Below are positions 50,302-57,657 of a DNA stretch of 64,000 bases, piece by piece. The translations under genes and the position numbers were made by a program. Source of the DNA: Chlorobiaceae bacterium. Lineage in GTDB: Bacteria; Bacteroidota; Ignavibacteria; UBA10030; SZUA-254. The stretch spans positions 13,202-77,201 of the forward strand of contig PNNN01000049.1 in the NCBI GenBank assembly GCA_013824245.1. The letters are read 5' to 3'. The notes beneath the pieces were generated by a model that was not told the DNA's origin, ran no database searches, and saw only the letters and a program-made list of their open reading frames with translations. How positions within the stretch are numbered: position 1 is the first letter of the stretch; every line of letters begins with the position of its first letter.

Positions 50302-50712
50302 ATGAAGTATTTTATTATCCTCTTTCTAATTGTTTTATTTTATAAGCCACTCAACGGACAAGACAAATCGAAAGAATTAAGTTATCAGAAAAGTTTTATG
50401 GAATATGAGGACACAAAAAAAGATAAGGCATCAGCACTTATTTGGCTGTCAATTATTCCGGGCGGTGGTATGTGGTATGCAGAGACAAACGGTTTATTTT
50501 TTCTTGGAAGTGAAATCGTTTTAGCTTCTTTATATATAGGTACAAAAGAAAATTTCTGGTTGGCGGGTTTGACTGCTATGAAATTATATGAGGTGTATTA
50601 TACATTCAGCGTGGTTGATGATTATAACCAGAACTTGCTCAAAGAATTGAAAATGGATTTATCATATAACAATCAACGCGGAATAGTTTATTCACTTTCT
50701 TTTAATTTTTAA
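50302..50712 (+). CDS. Hypothetical membrane protein (island cargo)
   Basis: Signal peptide plus two hydrophobic helices; GGAGG SD. Confidence 0.6.
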   Translation: MKYFIILFLIVLFYKPLNGQDKSKELSYQKSFMEYEDTKKDKASALIWLSIIPGGGMWYAETNGLFFLGSEIVLASLYIGTKENFWLAGLTAMKLYEVYYTFSVVDDYNQNLLKELKMDLSYNNQRGIVYSLSFNF

Positions 50713-50726
50713 ATGAACAAGGAATT

Positions 50727-51206
50727 ATGAAAAATTTAATAATTATCATTTTATCTTTGATCTTAATTTCCTGTGGACATTCATATTTCCCCGCATCTGT
50801 TAGGGAAATAGACAACACAAAAACATTTCAAATGAGTTATGAGCAGACATGGATGAAAATTATCGATTGGTTTGCTCTTCATAATACACCAATCAAAACA
50901 ATTGATAAAGCTTCTGGCTTGATTGCCAGTGATTATGAACTTGGATCAACATCGAAGTATTGCGACTGCGGAAGAGTGAATAGCGATTTCTTTCTTAGGT
51001 TGTCAATCGAAGAGTATTCCGGGAATATCAATATTCTTGTCCGGAAATTATCCGATGATACAACACGAGTAACGATATCTACTTTTTTCAGTGCTGTAAA
51101 AAAGATTTATGACAACATGGATCACAGATACCTCCGCGACGAGAAAATTAAATGTTATTCGAGCGGATTGTTAGAACAGGATATATTTCATTCGATATCA
51201 AAATGA
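50727..51206 (+). CDS. Hypothetical lipoprotein (island cargo)
   Basis: Lipobox LISC; 159 aa. Confidence 0.6.
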   Translation: MKNLIIIILSLILISCGHSYFPASVREIDNTKTFQMSYEQTWMKIIDWFALHNTPIKTIDKASGLIASDYELGSTSKYCDCGRVNSDFFLRLSIEEYSGNINILVRKLSDDTTRVTISTFFSAVKKIYDNMDHRYLRDEKIKCYSSGLLEQDIFHSISK

Positions 51207-51313
51207 TGCGTAAGAAAACTAAACCATTCAAGGGAACTGATAAGATCAATGTGAAAGACGTAACCGTTGGCGCCGATCATAAAACCGTGTATGGCAAAAA
51301 CTCCGATGTGATA

Positions 51314-51466
51314 GTTGGCGGGTTTGACTGCGATGAAATTATATGAAGTGTATTATACGTTCAGCGTGGTTGATGATTATAACCAGAACTTGCTCAAAGA
51401 ATTGAAAATGGATTTATCCTACAATCAACAAAGGGGCGTGGTTTATTCGATCTCTCTTAATTTATG
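51314..51466 (+). pseudogene. Startless duplicate of the 3' third of gene 50302..50712
   Basis: Direct repeat of 50559-50712. It encodes ...AGLTAMKLYEVYYTFSVVDDYNQNLLKELKMDLSYNQQRGVVYSISLNL* with no upstream start. Confidence 0.7.
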
Positions 51467-51686
51467 AGTACGCTTTACTTCAAAGGCAATTGGAAGGTAT
51501 TACACATCTTTTTCAATCAAAGATAGTTAAAGATTTATTTGCATTCTCCTTATATCTCTTCGTATATTTAATAAAGCAATTTCCGAATATATTGCTGACA
51601 AAAATTTAATCCTCTACTCGTTCACTTTGGGTGAAACCGATGCAATCGGTTCGGAAGCGAGTGGGGGATTTTTATTATAAGTCATC

Positions 51687-52307
51687 ATGAAAAAGAAACA
51701 TATTGTTCCTTACGATGGAGAACTTCTTACGATTGATACTATTGGCAAAGAAGATGAAGGAAAAACATTAGCATTTCGTAATCAGGTTCACAATTGTTGT
51801 CAGAAGAAATTTGATAGTTTCTTTAAAACATTTTTGAATATGTGCGCAATTTCGGAGAAAGGAGAACTTGAACAACAGAAGAATGATTTATATGTTAACT
51901 TCTTTCTGAAAGTTAATGAAAGAATATTTCAAATTATTACGCCAGCGACAGAAGATATTACTGATGATTATAAGCGTGGTAAAAAAAGATTAGAGATGCA
52001 AGAGAGAATAGACGTTGAAACATTAGTCAATGAAACACCGCTGATTTTATCACCATTGTTAAAAAATATTCTGAGGAAAAATCAGGATCGGTCAACGCAG
52101 ATGAGTGGGAAAAAAGTTTCAAAAGAACGAGAAGAATTATACTCGATAATTCACAATGAATTGAACGCTGAGGGGAAAAAACCAAAATCTAAAAGAAGAA
52201 GAAAAAGTACAATCATAAATAATTTATGCAACAGTAATCCATTATTCAAAAATGAAAATCCTACCAAATTGAGAAAAGCATACGATAGGATTGAAAGCAA
52301 GAAATGA
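51687..52307 (+). CDS. Hypothetical basic protein (island)
   Basis: 206 aa with a Lys/Arg-rich C-terminus. No family was recognised. Confidence 0.55.
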   Translation: MKKKHIVPYDGELLTIDTIGKEDEGKTLAFRNQVHNCCQKKFDSFFKTFLNMCAISEKGELEQQKNDLYVNFFLKVNERIFQIITPATEDITDDYKRGKKRLEMQERIDVETLVNETPLILSPLLKNILRKNQDRSTQMSGKKVSKEREELYSIIHNELNAEGKKPKSKRRRKSTIINNLCNSNPLFKNENPTKLRKAYDRIESKK

Positions 52308-52316
52308 AAAATAGTT

Positions 52317-52359
52317 TCTACTATACCTATAGTAGAATTCTACTTATGCCATAGTAGAA
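52317..52359. promoter_or_regulatory. Two adjacent palindromic operator-like sites sharing the half-site TCTACT
   Basis: TCTACTATA-CC-TATAGTAGA (52317-52336) and TTCTACT-N7-TAGTAGAA (52338-52359). Confidence 0.4.
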
Positions 52360-52507
52360 ATATCCTTTTATAGATTAAAGTATATCGAGTGAGAATTAGT
52401 TACTCAATTACTTTAGCTTAAATTGAAATATGAGCCGAAATCTTGATTGAATATGCTAAAGGTTCAATTAAGCTCTTTCGGTTTTTTATTCCTTAAGGAG
52501 TAAAAAT

Positions 52508-52930
52508 ATGTTTCAACAAATATTAACAGTAACACGGTCAGGCAAAGTATTACTTACCCTTCCAAATAAAGAGTATAAATCACGCCGGCATATTGGAGAT
52601 GTTATCGAAAACACTCTCCATGTTAAACGTGATCCCACAAGGCATTTCTTTAATCGATTTAATGGATATGGTTTCTGCTATGAGTTGATGAGGGATGGAA
52701 GTTTTGAAAGGGTTGTCGTTCACCTTCCCTTCGGTAAAACACTTGTAACTACAAGGAAGCACATTTTAGCGAAAGGGAAAATACTGAATTTTCAAAAGAA
52801 CAAACTGGAAAAGCAGATATATTTATCATTAGATGATTATGGGCTTGACAAGGCGAGAGAAAGTGAGATGAATAGTATTCCAACTAAACTAATCGATCCA
52901 CAGCTCTCAATTTTCGGAGGTATCCAATGA
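52508..52930 (+). CDS. Hypothetical protein (island), overlapping the helicase start
   Basis: AAGGAG SD; 140 aa; 4-nt overlap (ATGA) with the next gene. Confidence 0.6.
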   Translation: MFQQILTVTRSGKVLLTLPNKEYKSRRHIGDVIENTLHVKRDPTRHFFNRFNGYGFCYELMRDGSFERVVVHLPFGKTLVTTRKHILAKGKILNFQKNKLEKQIYLSLDDYGLDKARESEMNSIPTKLIDPQLSIFGGIQ

Positions 52931-54282
52931 ATATTTCGAGACAAGATATTGAAGAAAGAATAATTGGACAGCTTCTCTTCGATGGTAAGAAAGCAACATT
53001 GGAAGCGTGTAGCATCGTTGATGAAATAGATTTTTCGGATCCGGCTTGTTCAATTCTCTTTGGTGTTTGCGTTGCACTCGTTTCACAACATAAAAGTGTT
53101 GATGCTTTGAGTGTTCATCAGTTTTTGCAGAATAATACCGAGAAGCTTGGCACTCATTTCCAGAAATTATCATCTTTGACAGATGCAAAAACAACAATTA
53201 CTAATTTGATCCTGAAAGCTACAGACATCTCTTGCATGTATGCAACAAGAGGTTACTCAAATGATTTAATCATCAACTGTAAATACCTCAGACAAGAGAA
53301 TGAACGAAAGAAAGCTCAAGAGATAATTTTATCAGCCGGAACGAAGCTGAATGATGGAATTGAAGTTGAAACGGTAATCGAAGAGGCAACAAAAGAACTG
53401 ATTACACTTTCAGCGAAATCACAAAACATTAAAAGCTACACTCATTTGGAAGATGCTTTTAATGAAGCAATAAAGGAAACAGAGGATGAAATCGCTGGCA
53501 AGGTTGTAAGATTATCAACAGGTTTCTCAGAGCTTGATAGTATTATCTATGGACTTGAAAAAGGTCGATTGTACTGTATTGCAGCGGAGGAAAAGATCGG
53601 TAAAAGTTTATTGAGTTATCAGATCGGTTTGAATAGTGCTACGAAAGGAAATCCATCAACCATTATTTCAATGGAGATGAAAGCTTCAGAGATTGCCAAA
53701 CGATTTGCAGGAGTGAACAGCGGTCAAGAAGCATTGCATCGATTGAATGCACTCAAAAAATTCAAAGCTGAAATTGGCAGTTATCCTCTTTTCATTCGAG
53801 ATGGTTCAGCTAATCAAGGGAAGGTGTTTATCACAACCCATAAGCTATATGCTGAAAAACGGATTGAGCTTTTGATTGTTGACTATCTTCAGTTGATCGA
53901 ATTGCAAGGAAGAGATAGAACGAATGATGTGAACGAATTTGTGAGTAAGCTGAAAGGCATGGCAATGGATTTAAATATTCCTATCGTTCTTATCTCGGCT
54001 GTATTGAATAAACAGTTAAGCTATAGAAACAATAGGAAACCAACTCCGGCTGACTTGCGTGATACAGGCAGGCTTGCCAATGATGCTGACTGTTTGATAT
54101 TCATCTGGAAACCTGATGAACAAGATGAGAGCTACCTTGAGTTATTTGTTGCACGTTCACGGTACTCAAAACTTGGAAGGATCGGTTTATCTCTCAATCC
54201 AGAGACATTAAAACTCTCACAGACAGAACTTCGAGATTTGGATGGTAGTTCTAACCAGTCAACAGAGTTTAAACGGTTCTGA
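52927..54282 (+). CDS. DnaB-like replicative helicase
   Basis: DnaB N-terminal domain pattern (IEERIIGQLLFDG...), TGFSELDSII, Walker A variant EEKIGKS, IVDYLQL, and DLRDTGRLANDADCLIFI. Confidence 0.8.
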   Translation: MNISRQDIEERIIGQLLFDGKKATLEACSIVDEIDFSDPACSILFGVCVALVSQHKSVDALSVHQFLQNNTEKLGTHFQKLSSLTDAKTTITNLILKATDISCMYATRGYSNDLIINCKYLRQENERKKAQEIILSAGTKLNDGIEVETVIEEATKELITLSAKSQNIKSYTHLEDAFNEAIKETEDEIAGKVVRLSTGFSELDSIIYGLEKGRLYCIAAEEKIGKSLLSYQIGLNSATKGNPSTIISMEMKASEIAKRFAGVNSGQEALHRLNALKKFKAEIGSYPLFIRDGSANQGKVFITTHKLYAEKRIELLIVDYLQLIELQGRDRTNDVNEFVSKLKGMAMDLNIPIVLISAVLNKQLSYRNNRKPTPADLRDTGRLANDADCLIFIWKPDEQDESYLELFVARSRYSKLGRIGLSLNPETLKLSQTELRDLDGSSNQSTEFKRF

Positions 54283-54290
54283 GGTGATAT

Positions 54291-54926
54291 ATGCAGGGAT
54301 GGATAAAACTTTATCGATCTACTCAAGGAAATGAGTTCTACTTTTCTGAAAGGTTTACCAAAGCACAAGCTTGGATTGACCTTTTACTATTGGCAAATCA
54401 TAAACCGGCTACAATCTTTCTTCGAGGTGTTGAGGTGCATCTTGGTAAGGGTGATTTAGCATACAGTCAAATTTCACTTGCGAAACGATGGAAATGGAAT
54501 GAACGAACCGTCAACAAGTTTTTAACTATGCTTGAAAAGAGGCAAATGATACAGAGCAGAAAATCCAACATAACGACCGTGATTTCGATAATTAACTACA
54601 CTTTGTATCAAAGCAGTACAGAACAGAGTACAGTACAGAATACAGAGCAAAGTACGAGCAGAATACAGACAGACAAGAATGATAAGAATGAAGAGAATGT
54701 TTTTGTTGAGCAGCTAATATCCTACTTAAAAGAAAACAATATTCACTTTGATGAAGGTAATTTAAGGGGAAGGATCACCAAAGCCCTGAACACCTATGAA
54801 GAAAATATTATCCGATACGCTGTAAACGATGCAGTAGAGAGTTGGAAGAAAAACGGGAACGAGGGAAATTTTGTCGCATATTTATTCACTATTTTGGAGC
54901 ATAACTATCAAGAGGCTGAACCATGA
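54291..54926 (+). CDS. Replication-organizer / DnaD-like winged-helix protein (tentative)
   Basis: N-terminus WIKLYRS...AQAWIDLLLLAN...GDLAYSQISLAKRWKWNERTVNKFLTMLEKRQMI resembles phage replication-protein wHTH domains. Confidence 0.5.
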   Translation: MQGWIKLYRSTQGNEFYFSERFTKAQAWIDLLLLANHKPATIFLRGVEVHLGKGDLAYSQISLAKRWKWNERTVNKFLTMLEKRQMIQSRKSNITTVISIINYTLYQSSTEQSTVQNTEQSTSRIQTDKNDKNEENVFVEQLISYLKENNIHFDEGNLRGRITKALNTYEENIIRYAVNDAVESWKKNGNEGNFVAYLFTILEHNYQEAEP

Positions 54927-55114
54927 ATGAAGATACTACCGATAACAGAGACAAGATTGAAGATATATTTTTATTCACAGCTCAAGAGGTGAGCGAAAAA
55001 GCATACGAGAAATATAGCTCAGGCGAAATATCACAAGCTGAATTGGCTGAAATCTATCACCTGTTAAAACATTGGACATTAGAAAGCGAACAACTCCTAA
55101 AGATATTACAATAA
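54923..55114 (+). CDS. Hypothetical 63-aa protein (island)
   Basis: 4-nt overlap with the upstream gene; acidic. Confidence 0.45.
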   Translation: MNEDTTDNRDKIEDIFLFTAQEVSEKAYEKYSSGEISQAELAEIYHLLKHWTLESEQLLKILQ

Positions 55115-55129
55115 TTTGAAGGACATACA

Positions 55130-55546
55130 ATGAAAGACACGCAAACAAAGAACCGATTTATTGAACTCCGGTCACAGGGTATTAGCTACGAGAAGATAGC
55201 AACGGAACTCAAGGTATCTAAACAGACATTGATAAATTGGAGTAAAGAATTACAGCTTGAAATACTGAACTTACGTGCAATCCAACTTGAGGCACTTCAG
55301 GAAAAATACTTCCTTACAAAAGAAAAGAAAGTCGAGTTCATTGGCAATATATTGAATTCATTGAAGGCTGAGGCTGACAAACGAGATTTATCTAAACTAT
55401 CAGATCGAGAACTTTTTGAACTCATTTTGAAATATTCAGAGAAGTTAGACAAGGAAATAGTACCAGTTACTTTCATGGCTGAAGAAGAAAGAAGTTTAAT
55501 CGATTATGATACGACTGTAACGGATAGGAAAACATGGTCAGCGTAA
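55130..55546 (+). CDS. HTH-domain protein with a coiled-coil tail (regulator or small-terminase-like; unresolved)
   Basis: GISYEKIATELKVSKQTLINW is a helix-turn-helix. The rest is predicted helical. Confidence 0.5.
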   Translation: MKDTQTKNRFIELRSQGISYEKIATELKVSKQTLINWSKELQLEILNLRAIQLEALQEKYFLTKEKKVEFIGNILNSLKAEADKRDLSKLSDRELFELILKYSEKLDKEIVPVTFMAEEERSLIDYDTTVTDRKTWSA

Positions 55547-55694
55547 TGGAGACCGTTTCTTGACCCTTTTTTGACTGGTTGAGTTCTCTGACACCAAAAA
55601 AAGAGATTGAGTTTATTTCTGGAATTTCGTATATTTATATCGACTTAAAGAGCAACTTCCACAAAAGAAGAAGAAATCGAACTCGTAAGAGTTG

Positions 55695-55740
55695 AACGCC
55701 AAGAATAAAGGTGTGGAAGCCTGCTCACTTGGCGTTTTTA
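55695..55740 (+). terminator. Rho-independent terminator inside the island's right end
   Basis: AACGCCAAG ... CTTGGCGTT stem followed by TTTT. Confidence 0.6.
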
Positions 55741-55823
55741 ATTTTGACAGGTGGTTGCTTTTTTGGTTACCTTGAAGTAATTAAAACAGGATTTTCACGA
55801 AGGTCAAATTATGAATTTTGTTT

Positions 55824-55910
55824 GGAGAGGTGTCTGAGTGGTTGAAAGAGCCGGTCTCGAAAACCGGTGTAGGCGCAAGTCTATCGAGAGTTCGAATCTC
55901 TCCCTCTCCG
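55824..55910 (+). tRNA. tRNA-Ser (anticodon CGA), class II with a long variable arm; no encoded CCA
   Basis: Acceptor GGAGAGG/CCTCTCC, anticodon arm CCGGT-CTCGAAA-ACCGG, variable arm TGTAGGCGCAAGTCTATC, T arm GAGAG-TTCGAAT-CTCTC. Closely resembles E. coli tRNA-Ser. Confidence 0.95.
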
Positions 55911-55913
55911 CTT

Positions 55914-56180
55914 ATGTGCTCTGTATATGTGATTTGGAGTGAAAAGCTGAAGAAGCGATATATTGGATCGACTGAGGATGTTGATAAAAGATTGAATCAG
56001 CATAATAGCGGCAAAACTCCATTTACTAGCAGAGGAATTCCATGGAATAAAATTCATGTCGAAAAATATAGTTCAATCATTGAAGCACGAGCTAGAGAGA
56101 GATTTTTGAAAAGCGGTAAGGGAAGAGAGTGGTTAGATAAAATGTACCCTGACCTGAGAAAGAAAGATGTTGTATGTTAA
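55914..56180 (+). CDS. Small stand-alone GIY-YIG nuclease-domain protein (88 aa)
   Basis: VYVIWS...RYIGSTEDVDKRLNQHNSG...PW...EARARERFLKSGKGREWL is the GIY-YIG/URI pattern. The ATG lies 3 nt after the tRNA discriminator. The ORF-track N-terminus (55818-55913) is the tRNA. Confidence 0.8.
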   Translation: MCSVYVIWSEKLKKRYIGSTEDVDKRLNQHNSGKTPFTSRGIPWNKIHVEKYSSIIEARARERFLKSGKGREWLDKMYPDLRKKDVVC

Positions 56181-56193
56181 AAGAGCCGGTCTC

Positions 56194-56248
56194 TCAGCCA
56201 GAGGCTGATGCGCCTTCCGCCATTAAGATAGGCGGACAAGTCGGCGCA
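56194..56248. repeat. 55-nt hairpin block inserted between anticodon nt C34 and G35
   Basis: TCAGCC-AGAG-GCTGA, then TGCGCC-[T TCCGCC-ATTAAGATA-GGCGGA CAAGTC]-GGCGCA (one hairpin nested in the loop of another). Confidence 0.85.
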
Positions 56249-56283
56249 GAAAACCGGTGTAGGCGCAAGTCTATCGAGAGTTC

Positions 56284-56313
56284 TGAGCCTACGGCTCATC
56301 CGCCTAAGGCGGA
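56284..56313. repeat. 30-nt hairpin block inserted between T-loop nt C56 and G57
   Basis: TGAGCC-TAC-GGCTCA then TCCGCC-TAA-GGCGGA. Confidence 0.85.
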
Positions 56314-56503
56314 GAATCTCTCCCTCTCCGCCAAACTGTGTTCCGATAAATCGGAACTTCGTTTGGCAAGTATAACCAACGAAGCTCTGAAGGAGCGTAG
56401 TTGGTCATCTCCGCCGATGTTTTAAAAAAATAATTTATTCTAACAGTTTAAATATTTTAAATCATTTCAATTATTTCAATCCTAAAATCATTCTAACTGA
56501 ATT

Positions 56504-57622
56504 ATGAACATTCCACTCGCAGATCTGAAGAAACAATATCAATCTATAAAACCGGAAATCGATTCCGCAATCCAAAATGTAATTGAAAATACTCAATTCA
56601 TTCTCGGGAAAGCTGTCACCGATTTCGAGCAAGAATTTGCAAAAGCACATCATGTAAAACACTGCATCGCAGTTGGCTCCGGAACAGACGCGCTTCATGC
56701 CGCACTCTGGGCATTAGACATTGGTCTGGGTGACGCGGTTATCACAACACCGTTCACTTTCATTGCAACCGTAGAGGCAATTTCACTTACCGGTGCTCAG
56801 CCGCTTTTCGTCGACATCGAACCAAAGACGTATACGATGGATCCGGTAAAGTTAGAGGAGTTATTGAAATCTCCTCAGGGGAAAAACGTGAAAGCCATAC
56901 TGCCTATACATTTGTACGGTCAACCGGCGGCGATGGATGAGATCCAGAAAATTGCTTTGAAATATAATGTGAAGATAATTGAAGATGCCGCGCAATCTCA
57001 TTTGGCGATGTACGATGGAAAATTTGTAGGTAACTTTGGTGAAGCCGCCTGTTTCAGTTTCTATCCCGGTAAAAATTTAGGCGCATATGGTGAAGCCGGC
57101 GGAATAATTACAAACGATGATGCGTTTGCAAAGAAACTCCGTCAACTTCGCGATCATGGTCAGTCTGAAAAGTACAAACATCAGTTCTGGGGACACAATT
57201 ACCGGATGGACGGAATACAAGGTGCCGTGCTTGGTGTTAAACTGAAATATCTCGCGCAATGGACAGCAAAGCGGAGGGAGATAGCAGCAAAATATAAACA
57301 GACATTCAACGGTATCGGCGATCTGATTTTGCCGTACGAATCGCCTAAAGCCGTTCACGTTTATCATCAATTTGTTTTGCGTACAAAAAAGCGGGCAGCG
57401 TTTCAACAATACCTAACCGATAAAGAAATTGGAAACGCTCTTCATTACCCAATCCCGATTCATTTTCAGGAAGCATACAAGCATCTCGGCTACAAGCCCG
57501 GAGATTTTCCTGTAAGCGAAGCGTGTGCTGAAGAATGCATTTCAATACCGGCTCATCCTGAGATGACTGAGGAGATGGTAAATTACGTGATTGAGGAAGT
57601 GTGTAGTTTTTATAAATCTTGA
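56504..57622 (+). CDS. DegT/DnrJ/EryC1/StrS-family PLP-dependent sugar aminotransferase
   Basis: 372 aa with the family pattern (GSGTDALH..., FYPGKNLGAYGEAG). Confidence 0.88.
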   Translation: MNIPLADLKKQYQSIKPEIDSAIQNVIENTQFILGKAVTDFEQEFAKAHHVKHCIAVGSGTDALHAALWALDIGLGDAVITTPFTFIATVEAISLTGAQPLFVDIEPKTYTMDPVKLEELLKSPQGKNVKAILPIHLYGQPAAMDEIQKIALKYNVKIIEDAAQSHLAMYDGKFVGNFGEAACFSFYPGKNLGAYGEAGGIITNDDAFAKKLRQLRDHGQSEKYKHQFWGHNYRMDGIQGAVLGVKLKYLAQWTAKRREIAAKYKQTFNGIGDLILPYESPKAVHVYHQFVLRTKKRAAFQQYLTDKEIGNALHYPIPIHFQEAYKHLGYKPGDFPVSEACAEECISIPAHPEMTEEMVNYVIEEVCSFYKS

Positions 57623-57657
57623 TTGATTTTGTATTAAGAATGTTTGATATCATTGAT

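Larger units (their letters stand above)
48574..55910 (+). mobile_element. ~7.2 kb integrative island bounded by direct tRNA-Ser repeats (integrase, three small envelope proteins, DnaB-like helicase, replication-organizer-like protein, HTH protein)
   Basis: A 59-nt direct repeat lies at both ends. A tyrosine integrase sits next to the left repeat and a replication module in the right half. No capsid or tail genes are present. Confidence 0.8.
56176..56330 (+). pseudogene. Displaced tRNA-Ser copy (nt 18-87) interrupted in the anticodon loop and T-loop; followed by an encoded CCA
   Basis: After removing 56194-56248 and 56284-56313, the sequence equals the live gene nt 18-87 with one G-to-A difference at 56179. 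Confidence 0.85.

Noticed and set aside
51152-51346. 64-aa ORF overlapping the end of 50727..51206
   Set aside because: It is in a different frame from the lipoprotein gene and runs into the duplicated gene fragment. It is most likely a chance ORF across the repeat junction.
55744-55772. TTGACA-N17-TTACCT as the promoter of the intact tRNA-Ser
   Set aside because: The -35 hexamer is good, but the -10 is poor and the element overlaps the TGGTTACC repeats. It is too uncertain to call, and the real tRNA promoter remains unidentified.
55818-55913. N-terminal 32 codons of the ORF-track 120-aa protein
   Set aside because: These codons are the tRNA-Ser gene itself. The GIY-YIG domain starts at the internal Met at 55914.
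56174-56425. 83-aa plus-strand ORF after the GIY-YIG gene
   Set aside because: It reads straight through the displaced tRNA copy, its hairpin inserts and the structured tail. The apparent Ala/Pro/Gly-rich peptide is a by-product of the GC-rich palindromes.
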